Positions 17,311 through 27,114 of a DNA stretch of 59,988 nucleotides are shown piece by piece. Numbering within the stretch: the stretch's first letter is position 1; each line of letters starts with the position of its first letter. The translations under genes and the position numbers were made by a program. This DNA comes from Opitutia bacterium (GTDB lineage: Bacteria > Verrucomicrobiota > Verrucomicrobiia > Opitutales > T3Sed10-336), in contig JBJHCF010000032.1 of NCBI GenBank assembly GCA_050506795.1, positions 1-59,988 on the forward strand, given 5' to 3'. The notes below the pieces were generated by a model. That model was given only the letters and a program-made list of their open reading frames with translations, did not search any database and was not told where the DNA came from.

Positions 17311-19395
17311 TCATCCTCGCAAGTACGGCTCCGGGCGCAGTACCCGGTCCGCGGCCTCTTCCTCGGGATTGTCCGTACTCTCCCCTTCGGCCGCAGTCCA
17401 GGCAATCGAATCGCCGGTTTTGCCCCGGTATTCGCTGAAGCGCAGCGCGCGCACGGTCACGGTGAAACTCGACACCACCATCAGCAGCGCCGCCACCACC
17501 GGGTGCAACACGCCGGACGCGGCCAGGGAAATCCCGGCCACGTTGTAGACTCCGGCGTAAAGCAGGTTATTGCGAATTCCCCGCAGCACCCGCCGGCAAA
17601 GCCCGATGGCCTCGGGCACCGTCGCGAGGTCGGTACCGAAAAGTTCCGCCCGCGCGGCCTCGCGCGCCAGGCCGGCCCCGGCAGCCAGCGCCAGGCCGGC
17701 GTCGGCAGCTGCCAACGCCGGGGAATCATTTATTCCGTCACCGACATACAGCACCCGCCGTCCCTGCTCCCGCAATGCGCGCACCAGGTCGGCCTTTTCC
17801 TCCGGCAGCAACCCGGCGCGGGCGTTTTTCCAACGGAGCCCGCTCAGACTGGCCTCGCGATCGCCGGTCATCACGTGCACTTCGATGCCCATGCGCTCCA
17901 ACTCGGCAAACGCCTCGTCGACGCTGGTGCGCAACGTTTCGCGGAGGACCCCGATTCCGGCCAGCGCCCCGTCGATTTCGACGTACAATTCCCGCGACTG
18001 CCTTTCGCTCGCTTTCAACCGCCGCCGTAAGACCTCGACGTCCGCACCGCGGCCCTCCTCCAGCAAACGCTCGTTGCCGATCCGCACCCGGCGGGCAGGT
18101 TCGTCGCCGGACTTGACCCAGCCCTCCACCCCGACGCCCGGAAGCGTCTGGTAGTCGGACACGGAAAACGTTTTTTCGCTCGGAAGCCATTCATGGAAGG
18201 CGCGAGCCACCGGGTGCCGGCTGTGGGACTGCAAAGCGCCCACGAGAAATTTGATTCCCTCTCTCGAGTACTCCGGGTTGGCTGCAAAATCGACCAACTG
18301 CAGATTCTCCTCGGACAAGGTTCCTGTTTTATCGAAGACTACGGTATCCACCCGTCCGATACGGTCGATAAAATCTCCCGAACCGGCCACCACTCCCCTC
18401 GATGCGAGGGCGTTAAGCGCGTTCCAAACCCCGATCGGCGTGGCCAAGCCCATGGCGCAGGGGCAAGCCACCACCAACACCGCGAGCGCGTTGAAGAGGC
18501 CGACCACCCAGCCGGCGGACCAGGTCCAGAACACCAGGGTCAACACGGAGACCAGCAGAACGATGGGCAGGAACCACGAGACCAGCCGGTCGGCCTCCTC
18601 CTGAATGTGGGAAGGGCGTTCGTGCGCCTCAGCCACCCGTTGCAGGAGCCCGTCGAGACGACGTTCGTGGCCGGCGGTCCGGGCCTCGATCACGATCCGA
18701 TCATCGAGCACGGTGGTCCCGGCGAAAATTTCGTCGCCTTCACGCCGCACCACCGGAAACGGTTCGCCGGTGAGGGGCGTCTCCCGCACAAAACCCACCC
18801 CCTCAACCACGGTTCCATCGACCGGCACGCCGTCGCCGGGATAGACCACCAAGCGATCGCCTGGTTCCACCTCGGCCAGAGGAATCTCGACGACCTTGCC
18901 GCAGCAGGTCAGGCGGCGGCAGGTTTCGAACTCACGACGAAGGACCTCGGCTGAACGCAGGGCGGCCTGACGTCGCCGGCGGCGAATCAGGTTGCCGAAG
19001 GTGTAAATGGCCAGCAACACCGCCACCACCTCGTAATAGACATCTCCGTGGCCGGTCAGGGTGGCGTGCAGGGAGGCGAAAAAGGCTCCGGCGATGCCCG
19101 CCAGGAAAAGCTGTTCCAACACCACTCGTCCCCGACGCAGTTGCCGGAACGCCTCCCTCGTTAGAGGAAGTCCCGCCAGGAGGTAGACCGCCAACACGGA
19201 AACCGCCAGCAACGCGTGAATCACCCAGCGCTCGGTCCCTTCGGGAGGGGAAATATTCACCCCCAGCCCAAAGACCATGGTCTGACCAGCGATCAGCGCG
19301 GCCACGCCCAGCTTGAGCCATTCTTTCGCGGCTACGGCATCGTCGGCGGAAGAAGATTCCGCCGGAGCGATTTGACTGCTGCAACATCCGGACAT
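17311..19395 (-). CDS. ccoI: Heavy-metal P1B-type ATPase (CcoI/FixI-like copper supply)
   Basis: TGEP, CPC, DKTGT, HP, GDGIND, YN; downstream of the cco genes. The gene symbol is inferred from context. Confidence 0.85.
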   Translation of the reverse strand: MSGCCSSQIAPAESSSADDAVAAKEWLKLGVAALIAGQTMVFGLGVNISPPEGTERWVIHALLAVSVLAVYLLAGLPLTREAFRQLRRGRVVLEQLFLAGIAGAFFASLHATLTGHGDVYYEVVAVLLAIYTFGNLIRRRRRQAALRSAEVLRREFETCRRLTCCGKVVEIPLAEVEPGDRLVVYPGDGVPVDGTVVEGVGFVRETPLTGEPFPVVRREGDEIFAGTTVLDDRIVIEARTAGHERRLDGLLQRVAEAHERPSHIQEEADRLVSWFLPIVLLVSVLTLVFWTWSAGWVVGLFNALAVLVVACPCAMGLATPIGVWNALNALASRGVVAGSGDFIDRIGRVDTVVFDKTGTLSEENLQLVDFAANPEYSREGIKFLVGALQSHSRHPVARAFHEWLPSEKTFSVSDYQTLPGVGVEGWVKSGDEPARRVRIGNERLLEEGRGADVEVLRRRLKASERQSRELYVEIDGALAGIGVLRETLRTSVDEAFAELERMGIEVHVMTGDREASLSGLRWKNARAGLLPEEKADLVRALREQGRRVLYVGDGINDSPALAAADAGLALAAGAGLAREAARAELFGTDLATVPEAIGLCRRVLRGIRNNLLYAGVYNVAGISLAASGVLHPVVAALLMVVSSFTVTVRALRFSEYRGKTGDSIAWTAAEGESTDNPEEEAADRVLRPEPYLRG

Positions 19396-19580
19396 ATTCG
19401 CGCGCCTTTCGTAATGAGAGAAGACCCTGTTATCTAATTCACCCGAAAGATTGCCGCAAGGAAAAGGCGAAGAAGGAACCCATCGAAGGTCGCGATGCTG
19501 CTCCTAAGCTCATGACACGTGCCGGCCGAACCTCCGGAGCAGGAATCGCTAAAGGCTCTCTATCGGAAACCGCACGATCC

Positions 19581-20255
19581 TCAATCGACGTAGGGCTCGA
19601 GTTCCTCGGCCGTCCACTGGGGACGGGTACCCACTTCGGAGCGCACGGCGGCGACTTCCTCTTCAGTGACCTCGGAAGCATCGTTGTCCCACTCCTGACG
19701 AATATAGGTCAGTACGGCGGCGATTTGCTGGTTGCTCAAGTGACTGAAAGGCGTCATGACTCCGTCGTAGGAATTCCCGCGAACCACAATCGGGCCCTGC
19801 AAGCCGTTGAGCACCACCCGGATCAGCCGGTCCTTGGAGCCGGTGACCCAGTCAGTGTCGTTGAGTGGAGGAAAGGCGCCCGCCACTCCTTCGCCGTTGG
19901 CCTGGTGGCAGGCCATACACTGCTGACGATAAACGCGTTGCCCCACAAGGATAGGATCGAACTCGACCGGCTCGGCCGGCTCGCGGGTCGGCTCCATGGT
20001 TTCGTCGAAAACCATGGGATCGAAACGCCCGCCGTATTCCGCCATATAAATTCCCCCGAAAAGTATAAGCCCGGAAAAGAGGAAAACCACGAAAAGGGGC
20101 ATGCGAGGGTAACCCTCGGACGGCTCTTCCTTCTCGCGCAACAGCGTGGCGTGGACCTCCTGGATGCTTTCATCCGTGGCCCCGCCCTGTTCCAGGCGCT
20201 CGTTCTTTTCGTCGCCCGACGGCTTCTTGTCGTTGTTTTTCGAATCAGTCGTCAT
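19581..20255 (-). CDS. Membrane-anchored monoheme cytochrome c (CcoP-like position)
   Basis: One TM helix, CMACH, FPPL, distal Met in VMTPF; ATGA overlap with ccoO. Confidence 0.85.
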   Translation of the reverse strand: MTTDSKNNDKKPSGDEKNERLEQGGATDESIQEVHATLLREKEEPSEGYPRMPLFVVFLFSGLILFGGIYMAEYGGRFDPMVFDETMEPTREPAEPVEFDPILVGQRVYRQQCMACHQANGEGVAGAFPPLNDTDWVTGSKDRLIRVVLNGLQGPIVVRGNSYDGVMTPFSHLSNQQIAAVLTYIRQEWDNDASEVTEEEVAAVRSEVGTRPQWTAEELEPYVD

Positions 20256-20866
20256 CTCGGCGCCTCCGGCAAATCGTAGTCCATTCGCAAACTCAACATG
20301 TACTCCACCAGCGCCTCCGCCCGCGGGGTCGGCACGACCTCGTAACCTTCAGGGGGCGCAAAATCTCCGGAGAGATTCAGGGCCCGTGACGACCGACCGT
20401 TTTCTATGCGACGGACCTCATACAAAAACGGATAAGGCGGCATGTTGGAACCCGCCGAGGTGATCTGCGGGTTGTACAGGTGCAGGTGGTGCCACTCCCG
20501 CGACGGTTGCCGCTGCCCGATGGTCATGAGGTCCGGACCGGTGCGCATGGTGCCCAGCTGGATAACCTCCTGATTGATATAATCGCGGGCCACCGACTGG
20601 CGGTCGCCCCAGCCCCGTTCGTCGTCGGCGCCGAAGCCCGGCCGACGGACCTGTTGGGTGTGACAGTACATGCAACCAAGATCCATGTAGACCTGCTTGC
20701 CGCGGCGGGCGATACCCGACATCGGCGGCGGGAATTCCTCACCGGATGCCTCGTCGAAATGGTGTTCCAGTCCGCCGATCTGTATATGGCTGACCAGCAC
20801 GATCCCGGTCCAGGAGAACGCCAGTGTAAAAAAGATGCCCAGAAAGAGTAAGGGAGCCTTGTTCAT
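20252..20866 (-). CDS. ccoO: cbb3-type cytochrome c oxidase subunit II
   Basis: [32 protein letters not shown]. Confidence 0.92.
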   Translation of the reverse strand: MNKAPLLFLGIFFTLAFSWTGIVLVSHIQIGGLEHHFDEASGEEFPPPMSGIARRGKQVYMDLGCMYCHTQQVRRPGFGADDERGWGDRQSVARDYINQEVIQLGTMRTGPDLMTIGQRQPSREWHHLHLYNPQITSAGSNMPPYPFLYEVRRIENGRSSRALNLSGDFAPPEGYEVVPTPRAEALVEYMLSLRMDYDLPEAPR

Positions 20867-22350
20867 TTGGCAGCGAGCTTCATCGGTTCGGGATCCTTAA
20901 ACAGCGTGGGACGGGTTTCGTCCGCGACCCTGGGCTGCAGGAGAATCCAGAAGAAGTTAATGGCAAAAGCGACATGGCCGACCAGGATCAACATACCCGC
21001 AATACTGCGGGAAACCAACCACGGAATGGTGTTTTGCACGATCTGAATAAAGTCCGGGTACTGGTCGGGATTGTTCATTTGCAGTCCCTGGATCCAGCCC
21101 CCGATCGACAGACCGGTAATGTACATTCCGATACCGATGGCGCAGGCCCAGAAATGAACCCGGATCAGCGTAGCGGAGGGCCATTCACGCTGCAACAGGC
21201 GCGGCATGATGTAATAAAAGGCTCCGAACATGGCCATGGTGAACCAGGCGTACATCCCCCAGTGGGCGTGACCCACGGTATAGTGGGTGAAGTGGGTGAT
21301 TTCGTTGAGGCTGCGCAGGGCCATGGTGGATCCCTGCAAGCTGACCGCCGTGTAACTCATGGCGGCGAACACCGTGAAACGGAGCGTCGGACTGTAGAGC
21401 AGCACGTGAAAATTTCCCACCATGGTGACGTGGTGGTTGATGGCCACGATGATCACCGGGAAGGCCATCATGACACTGGCGACAATCCCGGCGGAGATGA
21501 CCCACGCGGGGACCGGACCACCGATCAGGTGGTGTACGCCCGCCCAGTTGTAGAAAAGAGCCAGACTCCAGAAGGCCACCAGCGACAGGTAATAACTGTG
21601 GATCGGTTTTCCCAGCACTTTGGGGATAAAGTAATAGACCGCAGCCAGGCCGATCGGGGTAAACCAGAGTCCGAGCACGTTGTGCGCGAACCACCAGTTG
21701 ACCAGGGCCTGCACAGTGCCGCGGGCCGGTTCGAACACCAGCATGATCTGGGCAATGCCGTAGAGCCAGGGAAACCAGAAAAGCGCTGCCAGCAGGTACC
21801 ACTGGGAAACGTAAATGTGTTTGGTCTGACGAAAGCGGAACGTGATCACCACCCAGACCCCGATCAAGGCGTAGGAGAAAAAGAGGATCGGCGTGGCGTA
21901 AGAGGGAATCTCCAGCCATTCGATGCTGTTCATGTGCCCGGCGAAAATGCCGAACACGCCTGCGATCAGCCCGATATTCCAAAACACCGCCGCGATGATC
22001 AGGATTCCACCGTGGCGAACCTTGGTGCGGGAGAGACGCGCCATCAACCAGATCGCCACCGCGATACCGGCACAGGTGGACCAGCCGAAAATAACGGTGT
22101 TCAGGTGAGCCGTGCGCACCCGGCCGAAAGTCAGCCACTCCCACTGTCCGAGGAAGTCGGGCGAGTGCATCTTAAAAGACGCGATCAAGGCGAAAAGGGT
22201 TCCGACCATCAGCCAGAACACAGAGGCGACACCGAACACGATGGCGGGAAGGCGGACCGACTGGTCGATCTCACCCAGCTTTGCGCGTTCCGCCAGGACC
22301 TCCGGCGTGCTCGGCTTGATGGAATCCTTGAATGAAGTGGAGTCGCTCAT
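20863..22350 (-). CDS. ccoN: cbb3-type cytochrome c oxidase subunit I
   Basis: [29 protein letters not shown]; about 12 TM helices. Confidence 0.93.
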   Translation of the reverse strand: MSDSTSFKDSIKPSTPEVLAERAKLGEIDQSVRLPAIVFGVASVFWLMVGTLFALIASFKMHSPDFLGQWEWLTFGRVRTAHLNTVIFGWSTCAGIAVAIWLMARLSRTKVRHGGILIIAAVFWNIGLIAGVFGIFAGHMNSIEWLEIPSYATPILFFSYALIGVWVVITFRFRQTKHIYVSQWYLLAALFWFPWLYGIAQIMLVFEPARGTVQALVNWWFAHNVLGLWFTPIGLAAVYYFIPKVLGKPIHSYYLSLVAFWSLALFYNWAGVHHLIGGPVPAWVISAGIVASVMMAFPVIIVAINHHVTMVGNFHVLLYSPTLRFTVFAAMSYTAVSLQGSTMALRSLNEITHFTHYTVGHAHWGMYAWFTMAMFGAFYYIMPRLLQREWPSATLIRVHFWACAIGIGMYITGLSIGGWIQGLQMNNPDQYPDFIQIVQNTIPWLVSRSIAGMLILVGHVAFAINFFWILLQPRVADETRPTLFKDPEPMKLAAK

Positions 22351-22569
22351 TGCTCAGTTAATTCCCGTTCCGGCAGGACCGGCGCTGCTGCTTGTCAAGA
22401 ATGATTGGTTCACGTCCGAAATTCGACTGTTGCGGTGATGTTAAGATTTTGTACGGGAGAAATTCACTGGTACGGAGGGAACCCGGCGAAAGGGGAAAAT
22501 TGAAAGGGGAAAAGCCATCCAACTCCAGAAAATTCCGTCGAATGTCGAGCTCCCGCTGCAAATTGTTCT

Positions 22570-22794
22570 TCATTCACCCTTCTCCTTCCGGGGGGGCCGG
22601 GACTGCCCGGGGCCTTCTCCCGGAAAAAAGTCGGTCTGTTCCCCCATGGGCTCCTCTTCGTCGAAAATGCTTTCTCCGCCTTTGTCCACGTTGCGCAACT
22701 GCCCGTTGCGGGCGGCCCAGTAAAGCGCGTAAACCGCCGAAGCGGTTATCAGGAGCGACACGGTGCCGATTATGGCGTAAAAGAGCCAGATCAT
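22570..22794 (-). CDS. ccoS: cbb3 oxidase assembly protein
   Basis: TM helix followed by LYWAARNGQL..IFDEEEP. Confidence 0.85.
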   Translation of the reverse strand: MIWLFYAIIGTVSLLITASAVYALYWAARNGQLRNVDKGGESIFDEEEPMGEQTDFFPGEGPGQSRPPRKEKGE

Positions 22795-22808
22795 AAGCGG
22801 CGGCCGGG

Positions 22809-23252
22809 TCAGCCGTTTTCACCGTTGTTGTTTGTATCGGCTTCCGCGTCTTCGGCCTCCTCCGTTTCGGTATCCACGGCATCGCCTTCCATCAGGTCGG
22901 TCTGCGGTTCGGCCGTCGCTTCCTCCTCGATGTCGTCAAAATCCGGAAAAACGATCCGTCCGTCACGTTCGATTTCGACCACCGCCAGCTCCATCGCCCG
23001 ATCAATGGGCAGACGGACGCGTCCTTCGCCGCGATTGATCCAACCGTAACGGGTGAGTTCGCGCTCGCTGCGAGTCTGTTTCTCCTCGAGCACCTGGCGG
23101 CGCTCCTCCGAACTCAATCCCGGACGAGCCACGGTGTCAGGACGATTCGGCAGGTAGGCGATGGCCGCAATGACCACCATAATCACCAGCCCGCCGGTGA
23201 CCGCGACAGCGGAAGCGACGATATTGGGCAATGACGGTTCTTCCTTATTCAT
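22809..23252 (-). CDS. Alternative complex III small subunit, ActG-like
   Basis: Single TM and YGWIN...VRLPIDRAMEL motif; follows actF. Confidence 0.7.
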   Translation of the reverse strand: MNKEEPSLPNIVASAVAVTGGLVIMVVIAAIAYLPNRPDTVARPGLSSEERRQVLEEKQTRSERELTRYGWINRGEGRVRLPIDRAMELAVVEIERDGRIVFPDFDDIEEEATAEPQTDLMEGDAVDTETEEAEDAEADTNNNGENG

Positions 23253-24519
23253 GATGATTGAGAGACTCCAGGATACGGGGATCGCGGACCGGAATGGCCT
23301 TCTGGCCGACGTAACTCTTGATAAAAGCCCAGATACAGACACCGCCGATACCGATAAAGGCGGTCACATCCCAGAGCGTAACCCCAAAGGAATAATACGG
23401 CAGACCGGCTTCGTTCTGCTTTGCCGGGAGAATATTGAAATAGAGATCCACCAGATGGAATACGAGGATCCAAACGGAGATAAAAAGCATGCGCCCAGGT
23501 CGCACCTTGTTCTGGTAAAAAAGCAGGAACAGGAACGGCACGAAGAAATGACAGAAAAGGAGCGCCAGACCGACCCACCACCAATTGCCGTCTTCACGGT
23601 TAACGTACCAATAGGTGACTTCCGGAATGTTGGCGTTCCAGATCAGGAAGTACTGGGAAAAGGAAATGTAGGCCCAGAAGATGGTGAACGCCAGCGAGAG
23701 CCGTCCGATTTCATACAGATGCGCCTGCTTGAAGATCCCCCGGAACGGCCCGAAGTGGACCAGGAGGAGGCAAACGATGACCGTACCGGCCAGGGCGGCC
23801 CGCATGGAGGCGGAGAAGAACCATACCCCGAAGATGGTCGAAAACCAGTGGAACTCCAGGCTCATGATCCAGTCGAGCGAAGCGAAAGTCGCCGCCAGGC
23901 CGCCGAGGATGATGCCTGCCGCCGACCACTTACGACACACCGTGGTCCAGGCGCCGTTGCCGTCGCGATCCTGACTGAACGAGGCATTGCGAAGGACCGA
24001 AGCCACCCCGACGAAGATGCCGAAGTACAGCAACGCACGGATAAAGAAAAAGCCGTTGTTCAGGTAACCGCTCTTGTGACTATAAAGCACGTCGTCGGCC
24101 ACCGTAATGCGCTCCCCTCCAGCCATCACGGGATTCTCCGTGTTCATCCACTTCCAGATGCCCTGGTCAACTCCGGCAAAGAAGGAATAAAAAACCAGCA
24201 CGAAAAACACCGCGCCGATCCACGGGAAGATGGTGGTGGCGTGTTCCATGGGCCGCCGGATGACCGTCGACCACCCGGCGTCAAACAGGTGGAAAAGCAT
24301 CACCAGGAACCACATTCCCAGACCAATCGACAACCAGAAGGTCATGGCGGTCAACGTGCCCAGGCCCACGCGAGGGCTGTCTCCGGTCAGAAGCCCCAGC
24401 AACGTCAGAAGCAGCCCGGCCCCGCCGGCTATCAACGCCTTGGCGGCAAAGCTCTCCCCCGCTCCACTCGGTGCGACCGGACCTGCCGGCTTATCGCCTG
24501 TCACTCCAGATTTGCTCAT
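23245..24519 (-). CDS. actF: Alternative complex III subunit F
   Basis: AGWSTVIRRPME, LDWIMSLEFHWFSTIFG, FSQYFLIWNANIPE. Confidence 0.9.
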   Translation of the reverse strand: MSKSGVTGDKPAGPVAPSGAGESFAAKALIAGGAGLLLTLLGLLTGDSPRVGLGTLTAMTFWLSIGLGMWFLVMLFHLFDAGWSTVIRRPMEHATTIFPWIGAVFFVLVFYSFFAGVDQGIWKWMNTENPVMAGGERITVADDVLYSHKSGYLNNGFFFIRALLYFGIFVGVASVLRNASFSQDRDGNGAWTTVCRKWSAAGIILGGLAATFASLDWIMSLEFHWFSTIFGVWFFSASMRAALAGTVIVCLLLVHFGPFRGIFKQAHLYEIGRLSLAFTIFWAYISFSQYFLIWNANIPEVTYWYVNREDGNWWWVGLALLFCHFFVPFLFLLFYQNKVRPGRMLFISVWILVFHLVDLYFNILPAKQNEAGLPYYSFGVTLWDVTAFIGIGGVCIWAFIKSYVGQKAIPVRDPRILESLNHHE

Positions 24520-25145
24520 AGTCCCAATTCCGCTTTTCTGGCCCCCGGCACGTCGTCTTCCGTGCCCAGGCGTGCCCGTTGCAGGGCGCGCATATAGGCG
24601 ATCACGGCCCAACGGTCTTCCACCGTAAGCTTGTCCCTGTAAGCGCCCATCAATCCCCGGCCATCGGTGATGGTTTCGAAAATTTCACCTTCAGCCATAT
24701 TATAGAACCGTTCGGTATGAAAATCGGGAACGGCAACCATCCCGTATTCAACAATGATCCCCTGCCCGTCGCCGGTATCGCCGTGACAGGAACCGCAGAA
24801 AATGCGGTAGCGGTCCTGCCCGCGGCTCATGACGGCGCGGCTCACAATCATGGGGAACCCTTCGGCGTATTCGCCGTCGATCCTGCCGGTATTGAAATGA
24901 TCGTCGTCCAGGCGGTCATTTTCGGCGCCCGGTTCATATTGCCGATGCACCGTTCCCGGTGGAACCGGACGATCGGTACGGCCGTCCTCAAAGAAGGCAC
25001 TCTCCGATTGCGCTTTGTACCGGGATTGGCGCTCCATATCCGGAAATATTTCGATCGGGGGCCGCTCGAACGTCGTTCCGCGAAAGCCGAGAATGGAAAT
25101 CAGGGCGACCAGGAAAAAGGCCCATATGGCGAAGAAGATACGCAT
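24516..25145 (-). CDS. actE: Alternative complex III monoheme cytochrome c subunit E
   Basis: PDMERQ, FFEDGR, CGSCH, DRWAVIAYMRALQ. Confidence 0.9.
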   Translation of the reverse strand: MRIFFAIWAFFLVALISILGFRGTTFERPPIEIFPDMERQSRYKAQSESAFFEDGRTDRPVPPGTVHRQYEPGAENDRLDDDHFNTGRIDGEYAEGFPMIVSRAVMSRGQDRYRIFCGSCHGDTGDGQGIIVEYGMVAVPDFHTERFYNMAEGEIFETITDGRGLMGAYRDKLTVEDRWAVIAYMRALQRARLGTEDDVPGARKAELGL

Positions 25146-25147
25146 GG

Positions 25148-25684
25148 TCAGTCTTCGAGTTTGGTGACGGCGGCGCCTCCTATATCCTTAAGGAAGGCGG
25201 TGGTCGTCTTTTCCTCAAATTTTGGATCGGATGACTCGATGATAATAAAAAACCCGTCGTCGGAAGCCCTCGCCACCGCGTCGTGTTTCATGGCCGGGTG
25301 GTAATGCATGGGAAGGCGGTTCAGCAGAAACATCCCTATAATCGTGCCAAAGGCAGCCAGGAGAATCGTCAGTTCGTAGGACACCGGGAAGGCGTACATC
25401 GGGCTGAACATCGGCTTGCCGCCCACTATGATCGGGTAGTCGTAGGCGTTCATGAACCAGATCATCAGATTGCCGCCGAAGAAGCCAATGGTGCCGCCGA
25501 TAAGAGTGAACATCGGGACGCGCGACCGCTTGACTCCCATGGCCTGGTCCATGCCGTGCACTGGAAAAGGAGTGATCACATCCCAGTGCTTAAATCCCTC
25601 GTCACGGACCTTTTCCGCGGCGTGCATGACGTCGCCCGGAGATTCAAATGAGGCCATTAATCCATATGTCTTTTCCTCGCTCAT
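25148..25684 (-). CDS. actD: Alternative complex III subunit D (DUF3341)
   Basis: TPFPVHGMD, DYPIIVGGKP, YELTIL. Confidence 0.9.
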   Translation of the reverse strand: MSEEKTYGLMASFESPGDVMHAAEKVRDEGFKHWDVITPFPVHGMDQAMGVKRSRVPMFTLIGGTIGFFGGNLMIWFMNAYDYPIIVGGKPMFSPMYAFPVSYELTILLAAFGTIIGMFLLNRLPMHYHPAMKHDAVARASDDGFFIIIESSDPKFEEKTTTAFLKDIGGAAVTKLED

Positions 25685-25686
25685 GA

Positions 25687-27114
25687 TCAGTGGGCCCCTC
25701 CCTTGGCGTTATGATGTGGATCGGCCTGCGGCGTGACCGCTTTGATTTCCGCCATCGCCATCAACGGCAGGAAGCGGAGGAACAGCAGGAACAGGAAGGT
25801 GAAGATACCGAAGGTGCCGACGTACGTCATAATATCGACAATGGTCGGCGAATAGTAGCCCCAGCTCGAGGGCAGGAAGTCGCGCGAGAGCGACGTGACG
25901 ACGATCACGAAACGCTCGAACCACATGCCGATATTGACGAAAATACAGACGATCCAGACCATCGCGGGATTCTCGCGCACCTTTCGGAACCAAAAGAGCT
26001 GCGGCGAGATGACGTTACAGGTCACCATAATCCAGTACGCCCAGGCGTAGGGTCCGAACGCGCGGTTGATGAAAGCAAAGCTCTCGAAATCATTGGCACC
26101 GTACCAGGCGATGAAGAACTCTATGGCATAGGCGTACCCGACCATGCTTCCGGTCGCCAGGGTGATCTTGCACATGCAGTCGATGTGGTACTGTGTGATC
26201 AGGTCGTGCAGCCCGTATATCGAACGCAGCGGAAGCATGATCGTCAGGACCATGCCGAATCCGGAAAAAATGGCGCCGGCCACGAAGTACGGCGGGAAGA
26301 TGGTGGTGTGCCAGCCCGGTATAAGAGACACGGCGAAGTCAAAGGACACAATGGTGTGCACGGAAAGCACCAGCGGCGTGGCCAGGCCCGCGAGAAGCAG
26401 GTAGGCCATTTCGTAGTTGCTCCAGTGCCGGTTGGACCCGCGCCAGCCCATGGCGAAAAACCCGTAGAGCACTTGTCGGATTCTGGTCTTGGCCCGATCC
26501 CGCAACGTGGCGAGGTCGGGGATCATGCCGACGTACCAGAACAGGAAAGACACCGTGCCGTAAGTGGACACCGCAAACACGTCCCAGAGTAGCGGACTCT
26601 TGAACTGCGGCCAGATGGCGTTGGCATTGGGAATCGGGAAGAGCCACCAGGCGAACCAAACCCGACCCACGTGGATGAGCGGGAAAATCCCGGCACAGAC
26701 CACCGCAAAAATGGTCATGGCCTCGGCCGCGCGGTTGATCGATGTTCGCCAATTCTGCTTGAGGAGGCACAGGATGGCGGAAATCAGCGTACCCGCGTGC
26801 CCGATACCGATCCAGAACACGAAGTTGACAATGGCCCAGCCCCAGTTAACCGGATTGGACAGTCCCCAGACGCCCACCCCGGCGGCAATCAGGTAGATGG
26901 TACCCACCACAGTGAACAGGGAAACGAACCCGGAAATCAGGAAACAAACCCACCACCAGGTCGGTGTTTTACCCTCCACGATGCCGCAGACCTTCTCCGT
27001 GATCCAGCCAAAGTCGCGGTCGTTTTCCACCAGCTTGCGCCGTGGCACCGAGGCGGGTTTGGCCTCGCGGATGAGGCTTTCGTTGATGGACGCGGTAGTA
27101 TCCAGGGAAATCAT
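25687..27114 (-). CDS. actC: Alternative complex III subunit C (NrfD family, quinol site)
   Basis: [53 protein letters not shown]. Confidence 0.95.
   Translation of the reverse strand: MISLDTTASINESLIREAKPASVPRRKLVENDRDFGWITEKVCGIVEGKTPTWWWVCFLISGFVSLFTVVGTIYLIAAGVGVWGLSNPVNWGWAIVNFVFWIGIGHAGTLISAILCLLKQNWRTSINRAAEAMTIFAVVCAGIFPLIHVGRVWFAWWLFPIPNANAIWPQFKSPLLWDVFAVSTYGTVSFLFWYVGMIPDLATLRDRAKTRIRQVLYGFFAMGWRGSNRHWSNYEMAYLLLAGLATPLVLSVHTIVSFDFAVSLIPGWHTTIFPPYFVAGAIFSGFGMVLTIMLPLRSIYGLHDLITQYHIDCMCKITLATGSMVGYAYAIEFFIAWYGANDFESFAFINRAFGPYAWAYWIMVTCNVISPQLFWFRKVRENPAMVWIVCIFVNIGMWFERFVIVVTSLSRDFLPSSWGYYSPTIVDIMTYVGTFGIFTFLFLLFLRFLPLMAMAEIKAVTPQADPHHNAKGGAH

Noticed and set aside
22358..22573. 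71-aa ORF between ccoS and ccoN as a ccoQ candidate
   Set aside because: It has no hydrophobic helix. Despite the ATGA overlap it looks like intergenic sequence.
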